A stretch of DNA of 64,000 nucleotides from Cyanobacteria bacterium SZAS-4 (GCA_018266255.1 JAFEAT010000010.1:394842-458841), one strand, 5' to 3'. Positions 1 through 9,996 are shown, counted from the first letter of the stretch. Numbers and translations are program-made. The notes: generated from the letters alone by a model not told the origin.

Positions 1-648
1 GTCTTCCAGTCGTTGCAAAAACTCTTTAGTGACAGGAACTTGATTAGTTACATCAAGGGGAATCATTTTAACTTGCACGCCAGTGTCTAAAACTTGTTTG
101 AACGCGACGGGATCGGCGTAGACATTCCACTCGGCGCTGCCGTCGTGCTCACCTTCTTCGACGTTGCCGGGCACTTGAATGGCACCACCCATAACAACTA
201 TTTCTGCCACTTTTTTGCGCAAATCAGGATTTTTCATTAGTGGTGCCAGGACAGTCAATGGCCCGGTCGCGACGATGGTAAGCGGTTCTTTCGAATGAGC
301 GAGGCAATCAGCAAATGCTTCTTCTGAGCGTCGTCCCTTGCCTTGCTGGTAAAGCTTTTTCAAGTAGATATCGCCGAATAAAGGCAACTCGTTGATGATG
401 TAACTTTCGCGACGCCAGTTATCGGGAAATGGATTGGGCACGGGATCGTCGTTCCACGCAATCTCGGGTCCGTCGATGTCTAAATAGGTCGCCATCTTTA
501 GAATAGCTTCGAATGCCTGGTCTGCGTAGCAATCACCATTGGTGATGCCAACTGCTTGCAAATCTATGTCGGCAGAAAGCCACAGCAATATGCAGCTTAG
601 AATGTCGTCGACGTGTCCGTCATGATCGTGTATGACCGGTTTCGGCAT
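1..648 (-). CDS. Nucleoside hydrolase (inosine/uridine-preferring IUNH family), 3' end cut by window edge
   Basis: Minus-strand frame is open from the ATG (complement of 646-648) to position 1. My translation is MPKPVIHDHDGHVDDILSCILLWLS...VVMGGAIQVPGNVEEGEHDGSAEWNVYADP. The N-terminal cluster HDHDGHVDD matches the DxDxxxDD-type signature of IUNH enzymes. It is absent from the ORF track because no stop lies in the window. Confidence 0.7.
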   Translation of the reverse strand, partial: MPKPVIHDHDGHVDDILSCILLWLSADIDLQAVGITNGDCYADQAFEAILKMATYLDIDGPEIAWNDDPVPNPFPDNWRRESYIINELPLFGDIYLKKLYQQGKGRRSEEAFADCLAHSKEPLTIVATGPLTVLAPLMKNPDLRKKVAEIVVMGGAIQVPGNVEEGEHDGSAEWNVYADPVAFKQVLDTGVQVKMIPLDVTNQVPVTKEFLQRLED

Positions 649-790
649 GAGTTCTCTATGTAGCCGCGTCTCTTGCCAATGCAAGGACAGCGGAGCTAGT
701 TTACTTCCTAGCTGAACCCATTTTCATTAGTTTGAGTAGTTTGGATAACTCGTGTTAACCCTGAGATTGCAAGTGGATGCGCCGAAAGGG

Positions 791-818
791 TTGACATACA
801 TACATTTGTATGTATAAT
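791..818 (+). promoter_or_regulatory. Sigma70-like promoter with an embedded perfect palindrome (candidate operator)
   Basis: TTGACA (791-796), 16-nt spacer, TATAAT (813-818). A 9-bp inverted repeat ATACATACA-tt-TGTATGTAT spans 796-815. It points rightwards, divergent from the nucleoside hydrolase gene and toward the 3' end of the suf operon. Confidence 0.4.
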
Positions 819-855
819 GGAGATATTAGGGCGATATGCTGACACGGCAATCCGG

Positions 856-910
856 GCACCGCACCAAGGGCATGGCACCAGGGCGCTGCACCAAGGGCAG
901 TGGCGGCACC
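856..910. repeat. Degenerate ~13-nt tandem array built on GCACC / GCACCAAGGGCA
   Basis: GCACC occurs at 856, 861, 875, 888 and 906. GCACCAAGGGCA is exact at 861-872 and 888-899, with the variant GCACCAGGGCG at 875-885. The array is non-coding and lies about 40 nt downstream of the candidate promoter. Confidence 0.55.
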
Positions 911-990
911 TAATGCGTGATGTGCCCCGGGGCCATCACGCCTTCAGACATCCCTGCGTGCGCGTGTAGACGGGCATGCAATTGTGTTGG

Positions 991-1299
991 CTACATAATG
1001 CCAAGTTCCATTTTGGCGTCTTCGCTTGCCATCAGACGAGGGTCCCAGCGTGGGCTCCAGACGAGCTGCACTTTTACTTCTTTGGCCCAAGGAAGCTTTT
1101 TCACTGCGCTGTGCGCTTGAGCTTGGATGACTGCGCCAACAGGACAGGCGGGACTTGTCAGTGTCATTTTGATGGTCACGTCGTTGTCTTTCACTTCGAC
1201 TCCGTAAATCAATCCTAAATCAACGATGCTGACGCCCAGTTCAGGGTCGACTACAGTTCTGAGATTCTCACGCACTACGTCTTCTTGCAGAGTAGACAT
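991..1299 (-). CDS. sufT: Fe-S assembly protein SufT (DUF59/MIP18 family)
   Basis: 102 aa. Carries VVDPELGVSIVDLGLIYGV and the MTLTSPACP motif typical of DUF59. It is the last gene of the suf operon. Confidence 0.8.
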   Translation of the reverse strand: MSTLQEDVVRENLRTVVDPELGVSIVDLGLIYGVEVKDNDVTIKMTLTSPACPVGAVIQAQAHSAVKKLPWAKEVKVQLVWSPRWDPRLMASEDAKMELGIM

Positions 1300-1304
1300 C
1301 GGTC

Positions 1305-1766
1305 CTATTTAACCTCTTTGACTTTTTGTTCTTCTTGAGCCGTGATAATGCCTTCCAGCAGAGTGTTCCAGGGCAATAACGCACACTTGATTCTGACTGG
1401 ATATTTGCGCACGCCTTGCAACGCTTCCAGTTCCTCCATCTCTTCCGGCAGACTGACGTCTCCAGATTTCGACATCATCATAGATTTGAATGCATCGACT
1501 GTTTTCTTGACGTCTGCAATTGACTGCCCAACCACTGCTTCACTCATCATCGAGCCGGAAGCTGTGTTGATCGAGCAACCTTTCGCGGTTATCTTGACGT
1601 CTTTGACAGTGTCGCCATCCAGTTGGATGTAGAGTGTCAGTTCGTCTCCACAAAGAGGATTTACGCCTTCGACTTTCGCCGACGCATCCTCTATTTCACC
1701 GCGGTTACGCGGGTTGTGGTAGTGATCGAGAATTGTTTCCCGATAGAGGTCATCTGCAAGCGACAT
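1305..1766 (-). CDS. sufU: SufU/IscU-like sulfur-transfer or scaffold protein
   Basis: 153 aa with three conserved Cys contexts: NPLCGDE, KGCSINTASGS and IKCALLPW. It overlaps the sufS stop by 17 nt. Confidence 0.8.
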   Translation of the reverse strand: MSLADDLYRETILDHYHNPRNRGEIEDASAKVEGVNPLCGDELTLYIQLDGDTVKDVKITAKGCSINTASGSMMSEAVVGQSIADVKKTVDAFKSMMMSKSGDVSLPEEMEELEALQGVRKYPVRIKCALLPWNTLLEGIITAQEEQKVKEVK

Positions 1767-2988
1767 GTCCCAAAACCTTATCTGCTTCTTTGAGGGCTTC
1801 CAATAATATATCGACTTCTTCTTTTGTGTTGTAAATATAGAAACTTGCTCTTGCCGTTCCCATTACTTTCAGGTCACGCATCAGGGGTTGGCAGCAATGA
1901 TGTCCGGCGCGAATAGCGATGCCGGCATCGTTGAGGATTTGTCCGACGTCATGTGGATGAACGTCTTTGAAATTGAAGGAGATGACGCCACCACGCTTAG
2001 TGGCATCGTGTGGACCGTAGATTTGAGCGTCGCCCAAACCTTTCAGTCCTTTGATTGCGTATTCGACTAGTTCGATTTCGTGAGCGCGCACAGCGTCCAT
2101 TCCCAGGGCGTTGAGATAGTCAATCGCTGCTGCGCTGGCGATGACGTCGGCGATGTTTGGTGTGCCGGCTTCAAATTTCCAGGGCAATTCGTTCCACGTT
2201 GTCTTTTCACGCGACACAGAATTGATCATGTCTCCGCCAGTCATGTACGGTGGCATCGCATTGAGCAATGACTCGCGCCCCCACAAAACGCCGACACCAG
2301 TTGGTCCCAACAGTTTGTGCATCGAGAACGCGAGGAAGTCGCAATCAAGTTCTCTCACCGAAGTTTGCAGATGCGGCACACCTTGTGCGCCGTCGACGAG
2401 AATGACGGCCCCGACATTGTGAGCGAGTTTAGCTAGTTCGTTGATTGGATTGATTGTGCCAAGAACGTTAGACATTTGAGTAACGGCGACGATGCGCGTT
2501 TTCTTCGTAATCAATTTTTCCGCAGCAACGAGATCGATCTCGCCTTCTTCTGTAAGCGGCAAGAATACGAGTTTTGCTTCACGCTCGAGCGCTAGCTGCT
2601 GCCAGGGAACGAAGTTGGAGTGATGTTCCATCGGCGTGATGACAATCTCGTCGCCAGGCAGAACGTTCTGTCGTCCATAGGTCTGCGCCACTAAATTGAT
2701 TGCTTCAGTTGCGTTTTTAGTGAAAATGATTTCGTGCACTTCGGCTGCGTCGATAAACTGACGCAACTTTTCGCGAGTTACTTCGAAAGCTTCAGTCGCT
2801 TCTTCACTCAACGTGTGGATGCCGCGATGAATATTGGCGTTGTAATTTTCGTAATAGTCAGTCAGCGATTTGATCACGCTGAGTGGCTTCTGCGATGTTG
2901 CCGCACTGTCTAAGTAGACGAGTTTTTTTCCGTTGACTTGACGGTCCAGAACTGGGAAATCTTTTCTAACTGCTTTGATATCGAACAT
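1750..2988 (-). CDS. sufS: Cysteine desulfurase SufS (group II, PLP-dependent)
   Basis: 412 aa. PLP-lysine context FSMHKLLGPTGVGVLWG and active-site RAGHHCCQPL. Confidence 0.95.
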   Translation of the reverse strand: MFDIKAVRKDFPVLDRQVNGKKLVYLDSAATSQKPLSVIKSLTDYYENYNANIHRGIHTLSEEATEAFEVTREKLRQFIDAAEVHEIIFTKNATEAINLVAQTYGRQNVLPGDEIVITPMEHHSNFVPWQQLALEREAKLVFLPLTEEGEIDLVAAEKLITKKTRIVAVTQMSNVLGTINPINELAKLAHNVGAVILVDGAQGVPHLQTSVRELDCDFLAFSMHKLLGPTGVGVLWGRESLLNAMPPYMTGGDMINSVSREKTTWNELPWKFEAGTPNIADVIASAAAIDYLNALGMDAVRAHEIELVEYAIKGLKGLGDAQIYGPHDATKRGGVISFNFKDVHPHDVGQILNDAGIAIRAGHHCCQPLMRDLKVMGTARASFYIYNTKEEVDILLEALKEADKVLGHVACR

Positions 2989-3022
2989 GGTTTTGATCCT
3001 TACACTTTTGCTTGCGTGCGCT

Positions 3023-3334
3023 TTAGACGGCGACCCATAAATCTTCTCCGCGCTCTTCGCAGGGATATGTTGCTATCGGTTTCACTGCGGGCATACACAC
3101 CACCGCTCCCGTCTCAACATCGAATCTTGCACCATGGCGGGGACACTCGATTGTGTTCTCCACCAGTTCGCCCTCGCCCAGTGGTCCGCCATCGTGTGTA
3201 CACAAATCATCGACGGCGAAGAACTTGCCTTCTACGTTGCACACCGCGATGCGATGTTTTTCGACTGTGAAAACTTTGACGTGACCTTCAGGCACGTCTG
3301 CTTTGTTTGCAACTTTGCAGAACTCAGCGGTCAT
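3023..3334 (-). CDS. Rieske [2Fe-2S] ferredoxin-like protein inside the suf operon
   Basis: 103 aa with CTHDGGPL (CxH) and CPRHGARF (CxxH) Rieske ligand boxes. Confidence 0.85.
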   Translation of the reverse strand: MTAEFCKVANKADVPEGHVKVFTVEKHRIAVCNVEGKFFAVDDLCTHDGGPLGEGELVENTIECPRHGARFDVETGAVVCMPAVKPIATYPCEERGEDLWVAV

Positions 3335-3340
3335 CAGCGT

Positions 3341-4693
3341 TTACACTCCGTGGATTTTTTCAGCTAGAACGTCGTAGACCCAATCTTTGGCTCTGCCGAT
3401 CGTGCATGCTTCCAAAATTTGTCTGAAGAATCCTGTCACGATCAATTCTTCGGCTGCTGGTGCAGACAAACCGCGACTCATCAAATAGAAAACCTGTTCG
3501 CGATCTACTGGACCGACTGTAGCTCCGTGTGAGCACTTTACGTCGTCGGCGAGAATTTCCAGTTTAGGAATAGAATCGGCGCGGGCTTCATTGCCTAAGA
3601 GCAGATTTTTGTTGCTCTGGAATGCAGCCGTCTTCTGCGCGATCTTGGCGACTTCGATAACTCCTTGATAAATAGATTGGGCGTTGCCCTTCAATGCCAC
3701 TCTAAAGTTGATGTTAGAGCTGGTGTCAGGTGCGTTGTGTTTTTGAATTGTGTTGAAGCTGTAGTGCTCGTCTGTGTCGCCAAGGACGATGCCCTGCAGA
3801 TCGCTTTCTGCACCTTTCGCGTTCAACACTGTGGCGATGTCGCCTTTCAGTTGTGAGCCGCCAAGGGCGACGGTGAGAGACTTTACAGATGCATCTTGTT
3901 CGACTTGATTGTGTGTTCGAGTGACCGCAAACACATTCGAATCGAAACGTTGCACTTCCAGATATTCACACTTTGCTCCGGGGGCAACGTGCACTTCGAC
4001 CAATACGTTTGCTAGTGAGCGCAAAGTTGTTTTGTTCTCTTTTCCTGGCTCGGAGCTGAGAATGTTGACCAGACTGGCTTTGCTGTGCGAGCCAAGAACC
4101 GCTATCAGTCGAGGAAATATGGCGACTCCGTTAGGAGAGCCGTTTGAAGAAGTGAAGTGTGTGAGGCTGACGAACGGACCTTCGATTTCCACATTTGGTG
4201 GCACATAGAGGAAAGTGCCACCATTGAACAAAGCTTTGTTCATCAGAACAAATTTCTGGTCGCTTTCGATTTGCGAAAGATATGGACGAATCAATTCTGC
4301 GTGATCGCGCAAGGCTTCTTTCAGTGTGCAGAAGATTACGCCTTTAGCAGCCAGCTCGGCTGGCAGTTTTGCCGGCACTGACGCTTGACCGACTTCAGCT
4401 ACAACACCTGAGTGATTGTCGAAAAATGTCAGTGCAGTTTCGAACCATTCTGGCAATTTCGCTTTCTCATCTTTCTTGGTGGAAAGATCGATAGCATTCA
4501 AATTCGACAGATCCAAACTTTCAATTTCGGTCTTGCGCCAATCTTCATCGCGACCGGTAGGCATTGGTGTCTGAAGGTAAGCCTCCCAGGACGAGACGCG
4601 TAGCTCTTTCAACCATGATGGTTCGCCATTTTGGGAAGCCAAATTATCCACTCGCTCCCGAGCTATTGTGTTTACCAATTTCGACTCTGACAT
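3341..4693 (-). CDS. sufD: Fe-S cluster assembly protein SufD
   Basis: 450 aa. The C-terminal region ([24 protein letters not shown]) parallels the SufB C-terminus. It sits between sufB and sufS. Confidence 0.9.
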   Translation of the reverse strand: MSESKLVNTIARERVDNLASQNGEPSWLKELRVSSWEAYLQTPMPTGRDEDWRKTEIESLDLSNLNAIDLSTKKDEKAKLPEWFETALTFFDNHSGVVAEVGQASVPAKLPAELAAKGVIFCTLKEALRDHAELIRPYLSQIESDQKFVLMNKALFNGGTFLYVPPNVEIEGPFVSLTHFTSSNGSPNGVAIFPRLIAVLGSHSKASLVNILSSEPGKENKTTLRSLANVLVEVHVAPGAKCEYLEVQRFDSNVFAVTRTHNQVEQDASVKSLTVALGGSQLKGDIATVLNAKGAESDLQGIVLGDTDEHYSFNTIQKHNAPDTSSNINFRVALKGNAQSIYQGVIEVAKIAQKTAAFQSNKNLLLGNEARADSIPKLEILADDVKCSHGATVGPVDREQVFYLMSRGLSAPAAEELIVTGFFRQILEACTIGRAKDWVYDVLAEKIHGV

Positions 4694-4787
4694 TTGTCTT
4701 TCCTTGATTCCGCATTAATTCGGGCCGCTAAATACACTGCGCCAAATCTTTAGATCTGGCGGCAGTGCATAAGAGAGTTCACGATTT

Positions 4788-6227
4788 TTACCCCACCGAA
4801 CCTGACATCTCAAGCTGAATCAGGCGGTTCAGTTCAACAGCGTATTCAAGCGGCAGTTCTTTTGTGAACGGCTCGAAGAATCCGTTGATGATCATCGCGG
4901 TTGCTTCGTCTTGTGTCAGACCTCGGCTCATTAAGTAGAAGAGTTGCTCTTCACCGACTTTTGATACCGTAGCTTCGTGTTCGATCGTGACGTCTTTCTC
5001 GTCGATTTCCATGGTCGGATAAGTATCCGAACGTGATTTTTCATCGAGCAGAAGTGCGTCGCACTTGATGTTCGACTTGGCGCCTTTGGCTTCTGGGTAG
5101 ACTTTTACGAGTCCACGATAAGAAGTTCTGCCGCCGTTCTTCGAGATAGATTTAGAGACGACCAGTGATGTCGTATTTGGTGCAGCGTGCACCATCTTGG
5201 CACCAGCGTCTTGATGTTGGTCTTCGCCGGCAAAAGCAATCGACAAAACTTCACCGTGAGCGCGTTCGCCAACCAGGTGAATAGCTGGATACTTCATGGT
5301 CAGCTTGGAGCCGATGTTTCCGTCGACCCACTCGACCTTTGCATCTGTGTGAGCAACGGCGCGTTTGGTGACGAGGTTGTATACGTTCTTAGACCAGTTT
5401 TGAATTGTCGTGTAGCGAATGTGGGCGCCTGGTTTGGCGATTAATTCAACTACAGCCGAGTGCAACGAGTCTGTGGAATAAGTTGGAGCCGTGCATCCTT
5501 CGATGTAGTGAACGAAGCTGCCCGGTTCAGCGATGATCAATGTTCTTTCGAACTGACCCATATTTTCAGCGTTGATTCTGAAATAAGCTTGCAGTGGGAT
5601 TTCGACTCGAACGCCTTCTGGCACCCAGACGAAACTTCCACCTGACCAAACGGCAGAATTCAGGGCAGAGAACTTGTTGTCTGCAGCAGGAATTACTGTT
5701 CCAAAGTGCTTACGGATAATCTCTTCGTGTTCGCGCAGTCCTGAATCCATATCAAGGAAGATAACGCCTTGCGCTTCCAGATCTTCGCGAATCGAGTGGT
5801 AGACCACTTCCGATTCGTATTGAGCGGTTACGCCAGCGAGAAACTTTCTTTCTGCCTCTGGAATTCCAAGACGATCGAATGTTTGTTTGATGCCTTCTGG
5901 AACGTCGTCCCAACTCTTTTCTGTTTTTTCAGAAGAGCGCACGAAGTAGAAGATGTTTTCAAAATCGATTGAGTCGAGAAGACCACAGTTGCCCCATTTA
6001 GGCATTGGCTTCTTGAGGAATATGTCGAGAGCGCGGAGACGGTATTTCAACATCCACTCCGGCTCGTTCTTCATCGCCGAAATCTTTTCAACGATTTCGC
6101 GTGTCAAACCTCTGCCTGACTTGAAGACATAGTCTTCTTTGTCCTGGAAACCATACTGAGAGTAATCGTTTCCGATGTTGCCGATTGATTGGTCTTGAAT
6201 TAGTTCCGCAGACATGGTCGCCTCCAT
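4788..6227 (-). CDS. sufB: Fe-S cluster assembly protein SufB
   Basis: 479 aa. Conserved SufB blocks [20 protein letters not shown] and [21 protein letters not shown]. Confidence 0.95.
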   Translation of the reverse strand: MEATMSAELIQDQSIGNIGNDYSQYGFQDKEDYVFKSGRGLTREIVEKISAMKNEPEWMLKYRLRALDIFLKKPMPKWGNCGLLDSIDFENIFYFVRSSEKTEKSWDDVPEGIKQTFDRLGIPEAERKFLAGVTAQYESEVVYHSIREDLEAQGVIFLDMDSGLREHEEIIRKHFGTVIPAADNKFSALNSAVWSGGSFVWVPEGVRVEIPLQAYFRINAENMGQFERTLIIAEPGSFVHYIEGCTAPTYSTDSLHSAVVELIAKPGAHIRYTTIQNWSKNVYNLVTKRAVAHTDAKVEWVDGNIGSKLTMKYPAIHLVGERAHGEVLSIAFAGEDQHQDAGAKMVHAAPNTTSLVVSKSISKNGGRTSYRGLVKVYPEAKGAKSNIKCDALLLDEKSRSDTYPTMEIDEKDVTIEHEATVSKVGEEQLFYLMSRGLTQDEATAMIINGFFEPFTKELPLEYAVELNRLIQLEMSGSVG

Positions 6228-6236
6228 CCGTAAATG

Positions 6237-7007
6237 TTATGAAACACCTGACGGCGTAAGTTCCTGTGATACCCAGTCGTAGCCACGTGCTTCCAGTTCT
6301 TTGGACAGGTCGCCGCCGCCAGATTTGACGATGCGACCATCTTGGAAAACGTGGACGAACTGTGGTTCCACATAATTTAGAATGCGCTGATAGTGTGTAA
6401 TCAGCAAAATTGCAGTTTCCGGATTCGACAAATTGTTGATGCCTTCCGAAACTGTCTTGAGCGCGTCGATGTCGAGACCTGAGTCTGTTTCATCCAATAC
6501 TGCCAGGGCTGGCTTAAGAAGAGCGAGTTGAAGGATTTCAAGTCGCTTCTTTTCTCCACCTGAAAAACCATCATTGATATAGCGTCCAAGAAATTCATTG
6601 GCGACGCCGAGCTTTTTCATCTGCTCTTTCAATTCAGCTCTGAACTCTTTGATCGGAACGTCTTTGCCGCGCACTGCGTTCACCGATGCGCGAACGAAGT
6701 TCGATACGGAAACACCAGGAATCGCCACTGGATATTGAAACGCCAGAGCAAGCCCGGTGCGAGCACGCTCATCGGGTGTCATCTCAGTGATGTCGATGCC
6801 TTTGAAAAGAATTTTGCCTTCAGTTACCACGTAGCGAGGGTGTCCCATCAACGTGTATGACAGAGTTGATTTGCCGGAACCGTTGCGACCCATGATGGCG
6901 TGTACTTCGCCTGGAAAGATCTCCAAGTTGACGCCCTTGAGGATTTCTTTGTCCTCGACTTTGGCGTGGAGATTTTGAACGGAAAGTATCGGTTGTTTAG
7001 CAGTCAT
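6237..7007 (-). CDS. sufC: Fe-S cluster assembly ATPase SufC
   Basis: 256 aa. Walker [13 protein letters not shown] signature FSGGEKKR and Walker [13 protein letters not shown]. Confidence 0.95.
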   Translation of the reverse strand: MTAKQPILSVQNLHAKVEDKEILKGVNLEIFPGEVHAIMGRNGSGKSTLSYTLMGHPRYVVTEGKILFKGIDITEMTPDERARTGLALAFQYPVAIPGVSVSNFVRASVNAVRGKDVPIKEFRAELKEQMKKLGVANEFLGRYINDGFSGGEKKRLEILQLALLKPALAVLDETDSGLDIDALKTVSEGINNLSNPETAILLITHYQRILNYVEPQFVHVFQDGRIVKSGGGDLSKELEARGYDWVSQELTPSGVS

Positions 7008-7253
7008 GAAAGTTGCCTTTGATTGGTCAATGGTCCTGTGGAAAAGGCGATCCTAGCTTTTTCGAGCTGGTTGGCTCGGGTGAGGTAACCTTAAAAATGT
7101 CAAAGCTTAGGATAGTAGGCTTTTATAGATAAAATAGTATCAAAAATCTCGGATCTATTCCCAGTTCTTAAGGATCAAGTAGCGAACTGATACAAAGCCC
7201 AATCCTAGAGGCTTCTGGAAGAGTAGAATGAGAGGGTAAAGGCCAGGACAGCG

Positions 7254-7925
7254 ATGAGAACTCAGCAACTAGGCGAAAATCCAGAACGCACCCAGGAAGC
7301 CGTGCTGATGTACATCAAGCGCACGGGCGAGGTGACTGTAGCTGATCTCTGCAAAGAGCTAAGCATTACGTCTATGGCAGTCAGGCGCCACATTGCCGGG
7401 CTTCAGAAGGATGGGCTGGTCGATTCTCGTATTGTTCGCCAGTCTCGAGGGCGTCCTACCTACCACTATAAATTGACCGAGAAGGCCGAGGGGCTATTTC
7501 CCACGGGCTTCCAGAATTTGGCTGTCGATTTGCTCGATGTTGTCTTCGAACAGAGCGGTCATCAGGGCGTTATGGACCTGCTCAGCCGCCGTAACGAGAA
7601 AATGGCTGAGCGCTTTCAGGTGCGGGTCGCTAATAAAGGTATAAAGGAAAGAGTGGCAGAAGTCGCCAAAATCTTCTCCGAAAATGGCTACATGACTGAG
7701 TGGGAAACACTTCCGGACGGCAATTTCATCATCTTCCAGCGCCATTGCGCCGTTCATGATCTAGCCTTGAAATATCGGCAGCTTTGCGTGCTGGAGCCTC
7801 AGTTGATGGAAAATCTTTTAGGTGTGAAAGTAACGCGTCAGCAATATATCCTTAAAAACGATCCGGTCTGCGGTTACCTCGTGCCGAATATTGAATCTGA
7901 GCAATCAGAGGCTGCCCAAATCTGA
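7254..7925 (+). CDS. sufR: SufR-like winged-helix transcriptional regulator (candidate Fe-S sensing repressor of suf)
   Basis: 223 aa, divergent from sufC. N-terminal wHTH is VTVADLCKELSITSMAVRRHIAGLQKDGLV. The C-terminal half has spaced cysteines (RHC..., QLC..., PVCGY), as in SufR regulators. Confidence 0.65.
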   Translation: MRTQQLGENPERTQEAVLMYIKRTGEVTVADLCKELSITSMAVRRHIAGLQKDGLVDSRIVRQSRGRPTYHYKLTEKAEGLFPTGFQNLAVDLLDVVFEQSGHQGVMDLLSRRNEKMAERFQVRVANKGIKERVAEVAKIFSENGYMTEWETLPDGNFIIFQRHCAVHDLALKYRQLCVLEPQLMENLLGVKVTRQQYILKNDPVCGYLVPNIESEQSEAAQI

Positions 7926-8121
7926 TTTAGTTATGGACGATACACAACAACTTGAGATACATTTATGGGCGCCGTAAGATTGACGTTTTTTCGTGTCTCT
8001 TATGTTGATGGCATCCCTCTGGAATCCGATGCTCAACAGTAACTCGCGTGAAGGTTTTCGAGCTGAAGACCTTGCCAAGTAAGAGCAGTGTTTTGACAAA
8101 CTTTTTAAACGAGCTTCATCG

Positions 8122-9303
8122 ATGAAAAACCTATCAATCGCATTTTTGACTGTGTTGCTGTTCAGTTCGGTGTCCGCCACCGCCGCTGAAAAGCCCCATC
8201 CGCCATCGCTTCTCATCGAGACCACTCGTAACGCCGATAAGCAGGCGATCGATGATTTTCTGACTGAGAATGGGTGCACGATACTGGGTGAAGCGCATTC
8301 AACTAAGTGTGGCATACACGTAATTGAGGTCGCTCCCAAAAGTGGCGACCTGACTCAGTTTAAGCAGAAAATCGAAAAAGTAAAAAATGCGAATATAAAA
8401 AGCATCGAAATCACTCCCTTAACGCGCTTGGAAGCGTTGCCTAATGATCCAGACAGTCCTCAGCAATACGCGCTGGGCATCATGAATTTCAGCAGTGCCC
8501 TCAATATCATTGGAAATCACCAGAAAATAACACCACGTTTCACTCTTGTGGATACTGGCGTGCAGCCCGTGTCAGGCGAGCTTACTCATGTCTCTCAGTA
8601 TAATTTCGTCAACGGCGCAAACGGCACGCCTGAATCTCCATTTGACAGCGGAATTCATGGTACTGCTGTGGCTGGAACTGGAGCTGCCACCACGGATAAT
8701 CACAATCTTATAGCTGGGGTCGGAACGAGTAATTTGCCTGTTCGTATTACTTCTTGCAGAATCAGCAATGACGGTGGGACTATCAATACTCTCGATGTGA
8801 TTCAAGCTTTACTCTGGTGTGTTGACAATCAAGCGCTGCGAGGCGGACCTGGACCAATCAATGTCAGTCTTGGTAGTACTGCACCTCCTACCTACAACGG
8901 CTCTTCTGTTGTACAGGACATCGCTCATGAATTGCGCAATCAAGGTGACTTGTTAGTGCTCGCCGCAGGTAACAATGCGATGCTTGACCCAAGTCCAGAG
9001 CTTTATGCTCGTCGAGTTGCCGGGACTGATCAAAACAATCAGCTTGCGTCGTTCTCTGTATTTGGTCCGTTCCACGGTGCTGCGCCGGCTGTAAACATCA
9101 TCATTATTCCAAGTTTGGCGTTGGAAAGTGGTACTTCGCTGGCGGCGCCGTATTGGTCAGGCAGTATTGCGCTTCTGCAAAGTCTGAATCCAAGACTAAA
9201 TGCGGTGCAAGCAGACTCTATCATCTATAACCAGGCGAACGTGACCGGAGCCGACTGGCACATTCCCAACCTGTTCAAGGCTGTTAACAGCGCTCGATTC
9301 TGA
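8122..9303 (+). CDS. Secreted subtilisin-like serine peptidase (S8 family)
   Basis: 393 aa. Signal peptide MKNLSIAFLTVLLFSSVSATAAE. Catalytic contexts are LVDTGV (Asp), HGTAVAG (His), LAAGNN (oxyanion Asn) and SGTSLAAP (Ser). Confidence 0.85.
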   Translation: MKNLSIAFLTVLLFSSVSATAAEKPHPPSLLIETTRNADKQAIDDFLTENGCTILGEAHSTKCGIHVIEVAPKSGDLTQFKQKIEKVKNANIKSIEITPLTRLEALPNDPDSPQQYALGIMNFSSALNIIGNHQKITPRFTLVDTGVQPVSGELTHVSQYNFVNGANGTPESPFDSGIHGTAVAGTGAATTDNHNLIAGVGTSNLPVRITSCRISNDGGTINTLDVIQALLWCVDNQALRGGPGPINVSLGSTAPPTYNGSSVVQDIAHELRNQGDLLVLAAGNNAMLDPSPELYARRVAGTDQNNQLASFSVFGPFHGAAPAVNIIIIPSLALESGTSLAAPYWSGSIALLQSLNPRLNAVQADSIIYNQANVTGADWHIPNLFKAVNSARF

Positions 9304-9372
9304 TTCACGATTGTGCAAAAGTTTCGATCCTCAACCGAGACACATTCTGGTCAAGTATTCCGGAACGCTGTC

Positions 9373-9993
9373 ATGTGGCAGCGTTGGTGCCTGATCGCTT
9401 GTATTGCAGTTTGCCCCGGTCTGTGTGCGGGATCATCTGCGCGCAATGTTTCTTTGCCGTGGACGGTGACGATTACGACCGAAAGTTTGAAGCAATGCCT
9501 GGACTTTCCCAACTCACATATGAAGCCTTTCATAAAGGCTTCAGTTGATTTCGAGCAACCGATGGAGGCGGTTAGCACTCCTGATGATGATCTCGAAAAA
9601 GGACATGATCCAGTGCCAAACACGCACTACGAAGAGTTGTTTTTTGGCGGTTCACATCTGCTGGGGCTGCGACGGGCGCACGAGTTGAATGTAGAAGGAG
9701 GTGAAGCTGGTGTGATCAAAGTCGGTGACTTCGAACCCGACGCTCGCAGTGAAGAAGCTGCCGCTGCCTCCAGTGCGATCGCTCGCCTCTTTCTTGATCT
9801 TTATCGTCGAAGAGCTGCATTGAAGTATGTCGAAGTCTCGCCCGAGGGATTCGATTTCTTGGTGCAGGAGCTAAATAGATATGGGTTTCGACCAGCCTAC
9901 GTCACTCCAGAACGACCTATTACAGCGCTTTTCGTATTAAACGTCAGATCTAATCCTACTGGGAAAAACGCCGATCTTATTTATGGGCAATGA
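9373..9993 (+). CDS. Hypothetical secreted protein (maximal ORF starts at GTG 9313)
   Basis: Starting at ATG 9373 gives a signal-peptide-like N-terminus, MWQRWCLIACIAVCPGLCAGSS. It is packed tightly behind the S8 gene. I recognise no domain. Confidence 0.5.
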   Translation: MWQRWCLIACIAVCPGLCAGSSARNVSLPWTVTITTESLKQCLDFPNSHMKPFIKASVDFEQPMEAVSTPDDDLEKGHDPVPNTHYEELFFGGSHLLGLRRAHELNVEGGEAGVIKVGDFEPDARSEEAAAASSAIARLFLDLYRRRAALKYVEVSPEGFDFLVQELNRYGFRPAYVTPERPITALFVLNVRSNPTGKNADLIYGQ

Positions 9994-9996
9994 GTA

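Noticed and set aside
917-1218. Plus-strand ORFs (67 and 80 aa) downstream of the candidate promoter
   Set aside because: They overlap the conserved sufT gene on the opposite strand, have Cys/Arg-rich nonsense-like sequences, and have no SD. A non-coding transcript is more plausible if the promoter is active.
7905-8339. 144-aa minus-strand ORF spanning the sufR end and the S8 peptidase start
   Set aside because: It overlaps two well-supported plus-strand genes and their intergenic region, and has no motifs.
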